Origin: Lama guanicoe
Lineage: Eukaryota
DNA length: 64,000 nt
Direction of reading: 5' to 3'
Assembly (NCBI GenBank): GCA_013239625.1
Contig: MU053379.1
Location: forward strand, 2,586,866-2,650,865
Below, one piece after another: positions 12,346-25,573 of this stretch; within the stretch, counting starts at the first letter, position 1, and each line of letters starts with the position of its first letter. The notes beneath the pieces were generated by a model, which saw nothing but the letters and a program-made list of their open reading frames with translations, was not told the origin of the DNA and did not search any database. The position numbers and the translations under genes were made by a program.

Positions 12346-14139
12346 AAAAAGAAAATCCTGGGCATGCGTTACTTCCATAATAGAAGGTGTGGTTAATTTT
12401 GTATCACTGAGATTTTACATTTTTATTGTGACTCAAGCAGAGTCTTTACTAAAATCTTCTTTGCGCTCGCTGCTTTCTTCAGTAGTGTGTATCGATGGCA
12501 TTTCCTTATGACTCGGGTCCTCCTTCTGAGCAGAGGGCCGGGGATGGGGAGTGGGCCACGGGTCTGGCTGTGGAGGGGCCTCGTTCTCAGCGGCTTAATT
12601 ACCTACATCACAGTCGTACCCTTTCCTGCACACTCTCTCTTTTTTACTATGAACATGTGTGGCTTTTATTAAAAATTAAATTTAATTTTTAAGAACGATG
12701 AGACTTTCAACACTTGCCTGGCAGTTATCCCCGGTGGCAGCAGGGCGCTAGTTTTTCATCTGGAACCACCTGCAGCATCAGTTTCCTTTTTTCTTTCTTT
12801 TTTTAAAAATCACGTACGTATAAAGTTGGAGCAGATCACGTACACCTGGGTTCTTTTCTGAAAAACCGAAGATCCACAAGCTGAAGTAGCTTCCCTGCCT
12901 TTGGAAAACCACGATCTTTGTCCCTGTTCCCATCTGAGCCCTTGTCAGGAACCGTCCTTTGTTCCTCTGAGTTTTGTCACCAACCCAGCCACCACTGGCC
13001 ACCCGGTTGCCGGCACATCCAGTCCCGTAGCTCCTCTGCGCTGTCACTCTTGTTCCCGCCCCGTGTCCCCTCGGAATCTGTGCCTGGTCGTGAGGGAAGA
13101 CGGCCCTCAAAACCCACGTCTGGGATGTCTCTCTTGTGCACGTGGCCGTGGGCTGCTGTTTTCCAGAGAAAGCTTAGATCTCTAATTCCTTAAATTCTTT
13201 TTTTTTTCTGTTTTGCAAGTTTATTGGATCATCTTGACACAGAATCATTCCAGCAGCGTGAGATGTCTCTCCTTTATATGGGAACGTTGATAGCAAGTGA
13301 ATTCTGATAAACACACCATGCAATTTCAAGATTCTAGAATCACAGCCCAGGAGTCCGGAGTAGGCCCCTCTGCACGCACTCTCTGGCGTCTCTTCAGACC
13401 ACGTCGATGTCTCGCCTTTCCCTTACGCTCCGTTCGAAACTCAGAGAGCTTTTAAAATGCTGGGAGTGGTAGTTTTGCCTGGAGGACTGTGTGGCCGAGA
13501 AGGGACCGCGGTCTCCAGACCCGCCGTCTTCCCTCTGCTCCTTTAGAGCCTCGGCCCTGGGGCTCCTGCAGGCAAGGGGAGAGGGTCGGGGCCCGCTGAC
13601 CTGGAGACGTTCCTACAAAACCGTAGGGGAAGGATGAACCCACACCCTTCCTTCCCAGAGGTTTTTGTATTTTTTTTTTAAGTGATTTGTGTCAAGTGAT
13701 GGCTTTGGAGGGAGTTCCTGTCTCACAAAATGAAGCTCAGAAATGTGAGTCTGGAGCCACCTTGGAGACCAGCCATCCCCTGGGGTGGCACCGGTTTTGC
13801 CTGGGGTGGGGGGTGCTGCCTTCCCGGGGCTTCCACGTCTGCCCACGTCTCCCCACCGTGTTCTCGGAAAGGCCCCAGATGTTGTCATTATCAGTCCCCT
13901 ACACGGACAGCCGGGGGCACCCGAGGTCCTTTGCGGTGAGGCTCTGGGACTCACTCTCCCGTCTTGTGGGGCCCACACTTGGCCTTTAGTCGGGAAGGCC
14001 TTGCAAGGGTTCGGCCCTGATGTCGGGGAAGACCATCGGGGTGGCTGGTAGCCCCACAAGGCCATCACGGACCTGGCATTGGTCCCCTGCCCCAGGGGAC
14101 CAGTCCTCGTCCTTACTCAGGGAGAGTTCTGTATTTCCT

Positions 14140-14395
14140 TTTTCTTTTCTTTCTTTTTTTCTTTCTTTTCTTTTTTTTTTTTTAGTTTTTTTAGTTTTTA
14201 GTTTAAGTGTAGTCAGTTACAACGCTGTGTCAGTTTCTGGTGTGCAGCACACGCTTCAGCCATGCGCATACATACGCATATCCACTTCATATTCTTTGTG
14301 CATTGCAGGCTATTGCAGGGTGTTGAATACAGCTCCCTGGGCTGCACAGTAGGACCTGGTTGTCTATCTGTGTTACATATGGTAGTGTGTCTACA
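14140..14395 (-). mobile_element. 5'-truncated L1 3'UTR with T-rich tail
   Basis: Poly-T tract then taagtgtagtcagttacaacgctgtgtcagtttctggtgtgcagc..cagtaggacctggttgtctatc. Confidence 0.78.
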
Positions 14396-14854
14396 AATAC
14401 CATTTTACACCCCCTGCGCCCCCAGAGCTCTGTATTCCGCAGCTGGCCGGCTCCACTCCCAGTGCCGTCCGTCGGTCAGTGTGGCCGAAATGCAGGTAAG
14501 AGCCCCGCCACCGCCTTCTGAGTCTGTCTGTCTGGGAGTCTGGGTTGTCCCCACTTGACTGAAAGCTTGAGAAGCCTTGAAGGTGCTTCTGCTTTTATGA
14601 GTAAATCACTGGGTAGAAAAGAGCTGCGATTTTCTCTCTGCTCCAGATACAGATTTTCTGTAACCACGTAAGCCACGGCGACTTTAAGCCCTTTGTTATC
14701 TGGTAATTTTGGGGGTTCTGTTGAGGTATTAAGCCCCTCTGTGCTGCATAAATAGACCCCTGGGCTGGGTTTTATAAGAATATTTGAGCAAGGACAGTCA
14801 TATGGATTTGTAGCTACTTATTCCAAGTAACGCTTTAATTTCTCTTATCTCTAA

Positions 14855-14990
14855 TTCTTTTTTTCAATCAAGTGTAGCTGACTTACGCCATCATGTTAGT
14901 CTCAGGTGTACAACATAGCGATTCGCTATTTTTATAGATTATACTCCAGATAAAGTTAGAAAGTACTGACTTCCCTGTGCCGGGCGCTAC
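14855..14990 (-). mobile_element. Short L1 3' end fragment
   Basis: caagtgtagctgacttacgccatcatgttagtctcaggtgtacaacatagcgattc. Confidence 0.65.
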
Positions 14991-17699
14991 ATCAAGTCCT
15001 TCTCTTGTCATAAACACCCTGCTCACACCCTGTGTTCTGCCAAAACCATCTTTTTAAATCTCGGAACTTGGGTGATCAGTGGGAAGCGCTTCAGCTGGAA
15101 GAGCAGGAAGCCCAGCTCAAAGTGGCTTCAGCCGCAGGGCGTGTGTCTGTTGGCTCACACGGCTGGGAGGGCTGGAGGCGGGCAGCGCTTTGGGGTCTGA
15201 GTCTTTGGGGTCCTAGTCTCTTTCCTTGTCCGCCCTGCTTCCCCCGCGTGAGCGCCAGCCTGGGGTCAGCGTCCCTCATGGGGGCGCAGCGGGTGCTGCG
15301 GGCTGGTGACACCTGTGACCCCTGGGACGGGGTGGTGGCTAGAGGTGGCTCCCTCCCCCACAGGCCCCCCGCCCGCTTCCCTCCGTCACCTGACGCGTGG
15401 TATTGACCGTGTAGTCTGTGCCGGCCCCCGGGCCAGCAGAAGTGACCCGGACAGACCCAACGCCTCGCCCTGGTGGGGCCTGCATTCCAGGCAGAGGAGA
15501 AGGACGTAAGGAGAGGGAAGAGAGCGTCTATCGTGTGTAAGTGACGAGGCCCCCGCGGGTGAGCGATGCTGGAGGTGGGCATGGAGTGGGGTGCCACGGG
15601 GGCACAGCCAGGCACGGCCCCCTGCCCCTCCTTTTCATGCCGTGACTCTTAAATACCTTGTGTTCTTCCATTTTCTGCATCACTTGTCCTGACTTTTGGG
15701 ATGGATTGTTCTTGCTCTTAAGTTTGGTCACTTTAAATTTCATGACCTCATGTCCTGCTCCCCCGCCCAGGCTCGTTCCTCTCCCCTTGGGAAATCACAT
15801 TTGTGTCTGTCACCTGCCTTCCGGCTGCACGGGTGAGCCCGGGGACAGATCATTCATGCGCTTGTCAGCGATGTCCACCTCTTCTGTCACCAGCTCCAGG
15901 CGAGGCGCCCTCGCTTTTCACTAATGGCTGCTGGGCCTGGAGAGGAGGGCACATCCTGGTGTTGACGTTAGCTTGCATTCTGAACGTGTACAAACGAAAG
16001 GCTGGTTAGCACTATTTCACCCGGGGAGCGCTGGGACGCTGCCGCGGGTCACACGAGGCTGGAACGTGGTGCAGGGCGTCCCCTTCCTCTTCCATCCCCG
16101 TCTTTACCATCCCCGACTTTTCCTTTCTCTTGTTCATTCATGCGTGGAGGCACGTTTGGATGAACTGGCCTCTCCTCCCATCTTCCCGCCCCTCCGAACT
16201 ACGTTTTCTGAAATTTGCCATTTTTCACTTGGGGGAGGGGGACTATGTTTCAAACTTACTCATCCAACTAATGTTTATTGTGCTAGAAACTATTTTCTGT
16301 GAATAAATGTTGACCGCTAAGTACCACCGCTTGTCACCTTTGCTCGGTAAATAAAAATGCCCGTAGGCAGTTGGCTTGTAAACGGTCGCTCCCCGCAGTG
16401 TTTTCACTTTATGTGCTTTTCTGTGGGCGACTCGCTCCTGCTTGGCTGTCGTCTTTCTCTAGCACGTCGGCGTTGTACCTGTTCCAGGCCTGCGTCCTCG
16501 TCACCGAGGGTGTCTTAGGGATGTCAGTCTTTCTGATGCTTTTAATCAGCTTCCCTGAATAGAAGGAAATAGAAATCTTATTTTGTGCTTACTGTTTTGT
16601 TTTGCTTTTTGGTTGAAACTGAAATACCAGTGACTGTCGAATTGTTTTATTCTATTTCATTTTAATTAAGGATCACACATGTTGAAATAAAACACTCAGG
16701 CTCCTTACAACTTTGCTTTGAGGGCACTTTGTTTTCCAGGGAGCTTTCTGTGCAGGCAGCCGTATCCACACCGGGCACGTGCCTCAGAGCCCCAGTGAAG
16801 AGGTCACCTGTGGAGTAAACCTACATTCTGCTTTTCGAGCTGAGCAAAAACAATAGCAAAGTCGCTCTTGAAGGCAAACATGAGGCAGCAGAGAGCAGCC
16901 GCTTCCAATAGAACTGGAGGGCGCCGCAGAGCGCGTGTGACGTGTTCTCACAGCCGCGGGATGTAAACCTCAGAAAGAAGTGGCTGAAACTAATTGTAAT
17001 GATCATGTTAGCCCCTTGTGGCCAAAATTGTCTCGACATATAATCAGTGTAAAAAGGATCAATGAGATGGTTTACACTCAGCCCGGTAGCCGGCCTGCAG
17101 GACGCAGGGGGCATCTGCACGCACAGCGCGTCTCAGTGCTGGCATGCTGCGGCGCCGGTGCTGCGCAGCCCCGCGTGGCTCCGGCTCCGTGCTGGACAGC
17201 GGGGCTCTGGGACAAGGCGCAGACACATTGCTGCTGCCCGTTCCTCCTCCTGCGAGTCCGGGAGCATATGAAAACTGTGCCGCGCTCTTCTTTGGCGAAT
17301 GTAAGTGGCAGAGACAAGAGCCTCACGATGTAACACAGAGTACTTGTGTCCCCTAATCGCCTGTAGATTTTCAAGGGCAAACTAGTGAAATAATATTTGT
17401 GTTTTTGTGATACTTGGCAATAAAATGGCCCCACATCCCACTGGACATTTACTGAGCGCTCCTGCGAGCGAGGAAAAGCCCGAGCCTGTCAGAGTGGACC
17501 ACGACGTGGCCTGAGCCTCCAGGCCGGCCAGGGAGAGGACGCCTGCGTCTCAGAGGGCAAAGGTAGCCCCGAGAGACACGCGGGGAAGGCTAGGTGCTCA
17601 CAGCCTCCCGGCTCCCGCAGCACTTTTAGCAACTCACTGGCATCCTCGGTCACGCACAGAAGCATCGGGGAGCCTCTGGCCATCCCCCGCAAGCCGCGT

Positions 17700-18120
17700 C
17701 ATCCGCTCATCCTGCAGACGCCGACTGAGCGCGTACTGCGTGCCAGGCGTTGTTCTGGCCACGGGGAGGCAGCAGTGAGCAGACAGACCCAAATTCTTAC
17801 CCTCGTGACGCTTTACTTTAGTGACGGGGGGCAGACGACGACAAAATAAATAGGTGGTAGGAAGTCCTATGGAGAAAAACAGAACACGGATGGAGATGGG
17901 GGAGTCAGGTTTCCGAACTTTAAATAGGGGTGGGAGTCAGGTTCGGGGGCCTCGCTGCGAGGGTGCAGTTTGAGCAGACACTTGAGGTGAACCGACAAGG
18001 TTGTGCATTTGCGGTGAGGAAGGCGGAAGGCGTCTGGAAGGTCTGAGGAGCAGCAGGGGGCCTGTGCGCGGAGCAGGGGAAGCGAAGTCCGCCGTCTGGG
18101 CATGAGTCAGGGGCCAGATC
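17700..18120 (-). mobile_element. L2a 3' fragment
   Basis: ctgagcgcgtactgcgtgccaggcgttgttctggccacggggaggcagcagtgagcagacagacccaaattcttaccctcgtg..tttgagcagacacttgag. Confidence 0.7.
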
Positions 18121-19039
18121 CCAGAGAGACAGCAGGCCGGGGCGCCCAGCCGTCCCAGGACTCCGGCTTTCCCGACGGGAATCTTCGCCCGGGTCCTCAG
18201 CCTCCGTCCGCCGGTAGAGTTCAGGAGAACACCGCGTCTTTATTTTCTTTACGTCCTAACTACGATGTGGCATTTCCTTCCGTTGTAAAGGTAGGCAGCA
18301 AACCACAACAGGATCAGCCGTGCCTGTAACTGTCCCTTAGGTGGAAACAGCGGGTGTTTTCCGACCCTTCCGTGTCGTGGGATTTGCAGATCTCTGCAGA
18401 TACTGCTCACGACCCATGTGTATCTCTACAGCAAAATTATGGAAATTGTTAGATCACTGCTGAATCGCGTTACTCAGTGAGGTTCATGTACTGTAATCCT
18501 ACGCATTTAATTTCATGCATTTAAAAACATCATTCTGAGAGGGGTCCTTGGCATAAAAAAGGTGAAAACCCCTGCCTGCCCTAGGATTTGAGTGGAAGTG
18601 TCTCATGATCTGACTTGGGGTCGTTTTGGAAGCGCTGTTCTTCCTGCTGTGTGCGCAGGATGGATTGTTGGGGTGGAGGTGGAGGCGAGGAGCCCCACCA
18701 CGGTGCTGCGGCGACAGCCCAGGCAAGAGATGCTGGTGGCAGGGCCAGCGTCCGAGGTGGTGCATTTTGAGGGGACTGGCGTGCGGCTGGGAAGGGAAGG
18801 GGCGGGGAAGAGAGTCAAGACGAAGGCAAGGGTTTGGGCCTGAGCCCCTGGGAGGAGGGCACGGCCGCTGACTCGGGCAGCTGGTGGGGGGCTTCGGGAC
18901 CATGCAATCGGGAGGTCTGGTGGATGGGCAGGTTTTTTTGTTTGGGAGAAGCAAGACCCTTTAGATCACGTTTATGCAGACCTTCAACAGTGCTTTAAAT
19001 CTTTTGCTTGATACCAGTTTCTGAGCCAAGTATATCAAA

Positions 19040-19990
19040 CTCCAGCAAATGATGGTGAAATTTGTCGTGTTCTAGCTCTAGTTCTGCCAATTTTTCAATT
19101 TTTTTAAAAAATTGAAGTATACTCGATTTACTGTCAGTTTTTAAACTTAATATGAGACTATATTGTTAGATCCCTGCATATTTGATGTTGCTGTATCTTC
19201 CCGGTGAACTTCTGCTTTTGTAATTAAATGAAGACCTTTTTCCTCACAACGCTTTTTACCTTCAGGTCTAACTTACCTCATAGTTATTTGCGGCACCAGC
19301 TTATTATTATTATTTTTTGGCTATTCATCACCATCCCCTCCTTTCCATCCTTTCAGCTTTCTTTGGTATTAGTATATACATGTATATTTTGTAGCAGTTT
19401 TATTAAGATATAAGTCACACCATGCAATTCACCCAAAGTGTGCAGTGCAGTGGTTTCAGTGCATTCACAGTTGTGTGCAGTCATCACTTCTATCTGGCTC
19501 CCCAGCATTTCCATGACCCCAAAGGGTGCCCTGTGCCTGTGAAGCAGTGACTCCTGTTCCCTCCCGCTCTGGCCCCCGGCAGCAGCTCCTCCGCTGTCTG
19601 TCCCTACGCACTCGCCTGTTCTGGACGTTCCTTAGAAATGGATTCAGTCTGTGGCCCCCAGGCGTGTGCCTTCTTTCACTTCTCAAGGTTCATCCACATT
19701 GCAGCCTGTCAGCACTTCCTCCCCTTTTGTGCTGAATGACATTCCAGTGCAGAGACAGGCCACGTTCCATGCATCCATTCAGAAGTTGATGAACATTTGG
19801 GCTCTTTCTGCCTTTGGGGCGATTATGAGTAGTGTGCTGTGAACATTCACGAACAGATTTCATGTGAACACATGCTCTTAATTCCCTCGGGGATCTCTCT
19901 AGGACTTTTGTGGTCTTGCTTTTTTACATTTGTATCTTTCATTCATCTGAACTCGATTTTGGCATAAGGTGGCTATGTCGGCACCAAGTT
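19040..19990 (-). mobile_element. Old L1M fragments
   Basis: gttttattaagatataagtcacaccatgcaattcaccc..ttctggacgtt..aaatggattc..gctgtgaacattc are typical of the antisense L1MB 3'UTR. Confidence 0.7.
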
Positions 19991-21913
19991 CTTATCTCTC
20001 ACTTAAAACTTGCTCATGATATTTCCATGATTAAGGTGATAGTAATTGATAACCTTTGTATCAGGTAATTCTAGACATAGATTCTTCTTTGCAAATATGC
20101 CACTTGGGCCATAGAATGGAAGCAGGAATTAAAACTTAGGCATGGGAGAGGCCAAGGTGGCGGAGTAGAAGAACGCTTGTAGCTCATCCTCTCCCACAGA
20201 TACACCAAAACTCACATCTACAGACCCACTCAGCCAACCAGAGCACCTGCCGAACTCCGACAGAATGTTGCCCTCTTTGAAAGACAGAGATGCCAAAAAC
20301 TGGTAGAAGAAAAGGAAAAAAGAAAGAAGGAAAAGCAAAACAGTGTGGGACAGGTCCCGTGGGGAGGGAGCGGCAAAGGAGAACTGGCACTCATTCACTG
20401 GGTCTCCCCCCTCCAATGGAGAGACCAGCGGGATGGAGGGGGAGTCTCCGAGGCTCAGATCTGCCCCGAGCACCCCTTGACTGACAGAACAAAGTTAGAC
20501 GGGCACAGAGGGTCCCCATGACACCCAGCCCGAGATGCGAGCTGGCAGCCGGGGGCTGGGCCAGACCGCCCAAGCCAGGCGGAGGACTTGGGTGGCTGCA
20601 CTGAGGTGGCCCCAGGGGACTGCAGGGGGCTGTGCGCCATGGCTGGGAGGGGACACAGAGCAGAACAACCTGGGTCCCCCATAAATTACAGGGGAAAAAA
20701 AAGCAAAACAACACGGCTGGTGTGCCCTGGGGGAAGGGGCTCCGTAACCTTTGTCTCCTCAGACCCGCGGCGCCATTACTGGCACTTCTCATGAGAAGAG
20801 AGGCGGGGTGCAGCCACAGCCGCTATCTCCTCCTGTGCACAGAGCCCGGGTCGGGGCGGGGCCGGACCTGAGTCCACATCTGGGGTAAAGCAACCTCCTA
20901 AGCAGGACTGAGACTTGTTTACAGCTGGAGGCAGATAGGATCTTTCTGCCCTGGCACCTCAGAGAACTCGTGCTGCCAAGCAAACAAGGAGCTGGGTTTT
21001 GGCATGGAGCAGGGGTGGAGTGGTTCCGTGATCTTCCCCGAGCCTGCCTATGGAGCACCAACCTGAGGTGGAGCAGGCAGCTGTACAGAGCAGCAGAGAG
21101 ACCAGTGCCAAGAGAGGGTAGGCAGCCACCCGCCTTCCTGGTAGGAGCACAGCACCTGAACGCAGTGCAGTGAGGCGGCGAGATCCACCCACCTACCTTG
21201 CCCGAGCGCAGCATCTGACTGTGGCATCAGGAGGGGTAGTGACCTGCCCGCCCACCATGAAGGAGATCTGCACCTGACCCAGTGCTAGGAGAGGGCGCGA
21301 TCTGCTTCCGGACAGGCACTGGGAGCAGCACTGATGAGGGTGCCAATGGAAGGCCTCTGGAAACAGCAAGCTGAGTCTGCAAAACAGGGCAAAGACAGAA
21401 AGACCTCTCGATAAAATCATTAGGAGTACGCAGTCTCCATGAGAACACATTCTTTTTTTTTAATCATTTTTATATATGTTCTATTTTCTATTACCTTTTT
21501 AATTTTTACTTTTTAAACAATTGTATATGTCTACAGTTTTAATCCCTTTAAAATTTTTTTCTTTTAGAATATTTTTATTATTATTATTTTTTAAAACCCA
21601 CCTCATTTCATTTTTAATTCTCTTGGTTTTGATCTCCTGTTATTGATTATACACAGGTTTCAAATACTGTTTTCTGATTTTTTCCCTTTTTAAAAATGTT
21701 TTTAAAAGAGGTCTCATCTGAATTGCTATTCTGCTTCAACTTGCTCTTCTATTATTGATTCTACACTGTTAAAACTTTTTTTCCTTCCATTCTTTAAAAA
21801 TTCTCTTTTTTTAAAGTTTTATTCCTGCATAGGCTTTAGATAGACAAATAAATAAACTCCTTAAGGACCACAATATATAACTGAAATTCCATAAACCACA
21901 GTGCCAGAGAGGT

Positions 21914-22329
21914 ATGAGCAATATGAAGAAGCAAAGGAACCACTCCCAATTAAAAGAGCAAGAGAAATCCTCTGAAAGAACAATCAGTGAAATAGACATT
22001 GATGGCCTACTAGATCAAGATTTCAAAAAAGGAGTGATCGAAGTACTGAAGGAACTAAAAAAGAGAGTTTAGAGATATAAAATATGTCAAAAATGAAATT
22101 GAAGCTATAAAGAAGAGCCAAGTAGAACTGATAAACTCATTTGCTGGGATGAGAGCTGACCTAAAGGCTGTGCAAAGCAGGCTAGATAGTGTAAAGGAAC
22201 ACAGGACAACACACCCAGTCAGAACAGATGAAAGAAAAACAATGAAAACAATACAAGGGACCTGTGGGATAATATAAAGCATGCCAATCTATGAATAATA
22301 GGGGTTCTAGAAGGGGAAGAAAAGAAAGA
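21914..22329 (+). pseudogene. L1 ORF1 N-terminal fragment (copy A of the duplicated 5' end)
   Basis: ATG at 21914 (MSNMKKQRNHSQLKEQEKSSERT...). Nearly identical to 24068-24500 but with two extra small deletions, and truncated where the second 5'UTR begins. Confidence 0.88.
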
Positions 22330-24067
22330 CTTGTAGCTCATCCTCTCCCACAGATACACCAAAACTCACATCTACAGACCCACTCAGCCAACCAGAGCAC
22401 CTGCCGAACTCCGACAGAATGTTGCCCTCTTTGAAAGACAGAGATGCCAAAAACTGGTAGAAGAAAAGGAAAAAAGAAAGAAGGAAAAGCAAAACAGTGT
22501 GGGACAGGTCCCGTGGGGAGGGAGCGGCAAAGGAGAACTGGCACTCATTCACTGGGTCTCCCCCCTCCAATGGAGAGACCAGCGGGATGGAGGGGGAGTC
22601 TCCGAGGCTCAGATCTGCCCCGAGCACCCCTTGACTGACAGAACAAAGTTAGACGGGCACAGAGGGTCCCCATGACACCCAGCCCGAGATGCGAGCTGGC
22701 AGCCGGGGGCCGGGCCAGACCGCCCAAGCCAGGCGGAGGACTTGGGTGGCTGCACTGAGGTGGCCCCAGGGGACTGCAGGGGGCTGTGCGCCATGGCTGG
22801 GAGGGGACACAGAGCAGAACAACCTGGGTCCCCCATAAATTACAGGGGAAAAAAAAAGCAAAACAACACGGCTGGTGTGCCCTGGGGGAAGGGGCGCCGT
22901 AACCTTTGTCTCCTCAGACCCGCGGCGCCATTACTGGCACTTCTCATGAGAAGAGAGGCGGGGTGCAGCCACAGCCGCCATCTCCTCCTGTGCACAGAGC
23001 CCGGGTCGGGGCGGGGCCGGACCTGAGTCCACATCTGGGGTAAAGCAACCTCCTAAGCAGGACTGAGACTTGTTTACAGCTGGAGGCAGATAGGATCTTT
23101 CTGCCCTGGCACCTCAGAGAACTCGTGCTGCCAAGCAAACAAGGAGCTGGGTTTTGGCATGGAGCAGGGGTGGAGTGGTTCCGTGATCTTCCCCGAGCCT
23201 GCCTATGGAGCACCAACCTGAGGTGGAGCAGGCAGCTGCACAGAGCAGCAGAGAGACCAGTGCCAAGAGAGGGTAGGCAGCCACCCGCCTTCCTGGTAGG
23301 AGCACAGCACCTGAACGCAGTGCAGTGAGGCGGCGAGATCCACCCACCTACCTTGCCCGAGTTCAGCATCTGACTGTGGCATCAGGAGGGGTAGTGACCT
23401 GCCCGCCCACCGTGAAGGAGATCTGCACCTGACCCAGTGCTAGGAGGGGGCGCGATCTGCTTCCCGACAGGCACTGGGAGCAGCACTGATGAGGGTGCCA
23501 ATGGAAGGCCTCTGGAAACAGCAAGCTGAGTCTGCAAAACAGGGCAAAGACAGAAAGACCTCTCGATAAAATCATTAGGAGTACGCAGTCTCCATGAGAA
23601 CACATTCTTTTTTTTTAATCATTTTTATATATGTTCTATTTTCTATTACCTTTTTAATTTTTACTTTTTAAACAATTGTATATGTCTACAGTTTTAATCC
23701 CTTTAAAATTTTTTTCTTTTAGAATATTTTTATTATTATTATTTTTTAAAACCCACCTCATTTCATTTTTAATTCTCTTGGTTTTGATCTCCTGTTATTG
23801 ATTATACACAGGTTTCAAATACTGTTTTCTGATTTTTTCCCTTTTTAAAAATGTTTTTAAAAGAGGTCTCATCTGAATTGCTATTCTGCTTCAACTTGCT
23901 CTTCTATTATTGATTCTACACTGTTAAAACTTTTTTCCCTCCATTCTTTAAAAATTCTCTTTTTTTAAAGTTTTATTCCTGCATAGGCTTTAGATAGACA
24001 AATAAATAAACTCCTTAAGGACCACAATAGATAACTGAAATTCCATAAACCACAGTGCCAGAGAGGT

Positions 24068-25070
24068 ATGAGCAGTATGAAGAAGCAAAGGAACCACTCC
24101 CGATTAAAAGAGCAAGAGAAATCCTCTGAAAGAACAATCAGTGAAATAGACATTGATGGCCTACTAGATCAAGATTTCAAAAAAGGAGTGATTGAAGTAC
24201 TGACGGAAGTAAAAAAAAGAGAGTTTAGAGATATAAAATATGTCAAAAATGAAATTGAAGCTATAAAGAAGAGCCAAGTAGAACTGATAAACTCATTTGC
24301 TGGGATGAGAGCTGACCTAAAGGCTGTGCAAAGCAGGCTAGATAGTGTAAAGGAACGAATAAGTGACCTAGAAGACAGGACAACAGGAAGCACCCAGTCA
24401 GAACAGATGAAAGAAAAACAATGAAAACAATACAAGGGACCTGTGGGATAATATAAAGCATGCCAATCTATGAATAATAGGGGTTCCAGAAGGGGAACAA
24501 AGAACAAAGGGGATTGAAAAGATATTTGAAGAAATCATGACTGAAAACTTCCCAAACCTAAAGAAGGAATCAGATATCCAAGTACAGGAGGCTCAGAGGG
24601 TCCCAAACAGGAAGAGCCCAAACAGACCCACACCAAGACATATCATAATCAAGATGGCCAGAGTCAAGGATAAAGAAATGACCCTAAAGGCAGCAAGAGG
24701 AAAACAAAGAGTGAGTTACAAGGGAACCCCCATAAGGCTTTTCAGCTGATTTCTCTACACAAACGCTATAGGCCAGAAGGGAGTAGCAAGATATATTCAA
24801 AGTCCTGAATGAAAAAAAGAATGAGTTACAAGGGAACCCCCATAAGGCTTCTCAGCTGATTTCTCTACACAAACGCTATAGGCCAGAAGGGAGTGGCAAG
24901 ATATATTCAAAGTCCTGAATGAAAAAAAGATGCAGCCTAGGATACTCTACCCAGCAAGGCTTTCCTTCAGAATAGAAGGAAAGATAAAGAACTTCACAGA
25001 CAAGCAAAAACTAAAAGAGTTTAGCGACACTAAACCCATGCTAAAAGAAATATTGACAGGTCTATTCTAA
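24068..25070 (+). pseudogene. L1 ORF1p, disrupted
   Basis: ORF pieces 24068..24424 (coiled coil) and 24537..24749 (ENFPNL...QEAQRVPNR...PTPRHIIIKM), plus the C-terminal ARREWQDIFKVL..QPRILYPARLSF..TGLF* ending at TAA 25068-25070. Contains frameshifts, stops and a 110-bp duplication. Confidence 0.92.
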
Positions 25071-25573
25071 ATAGAAAAGAAGCAGGATGCTACAAAAATG
25101 AGAAACTCATGACTAGAAAGGTAATAACTGCCATGAATTACAAACAGAATAAACACAAAATTGTAAAAGGAGACATCTAAATCATTAAGAGTGGGAGAGG
25201 GAAGCAAGGAAATATAGAGTTTTTTCTTTAAAAATTTTTTTTGTTCTCCGTGGGGTAGGTTTGAGATTATATTACTATCTGTTTAATACAAACAGTTATA
25301 AGAGCAAGGAAATATACAGTTTTTTCTTTAAAAAATTTTTTTTGTTCTCCATGGGGTAGGTTTGAGATTATATTACTATCTGTTTAATACAAACAGTTAT
25401 AGTAATGGGTTAAGAGGCTTACAAAAAAGGGTAACCACAAGCCAAAAACTTACAAGTGAATCACAAAAACTAAATAAAATCCAAGATAATACAAAGGAAA
25501 ATTACCAAACCACAAAAGGAAGAAGAAAGGAACAAAGAGGAAATACCAAATCAACTGCAAAAATAAGTTCAAA

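Noticed and set aside
20146..24500. Two independent nested L1 insertions, or an LTR element with 2-kb LTRs
   Set aside because: Copy A has no poly(A) tail or TSD of its own, the copies are adjacent rather than terminal, there are no TG..CA ends, PBS or PPT, and both share the same lesions.
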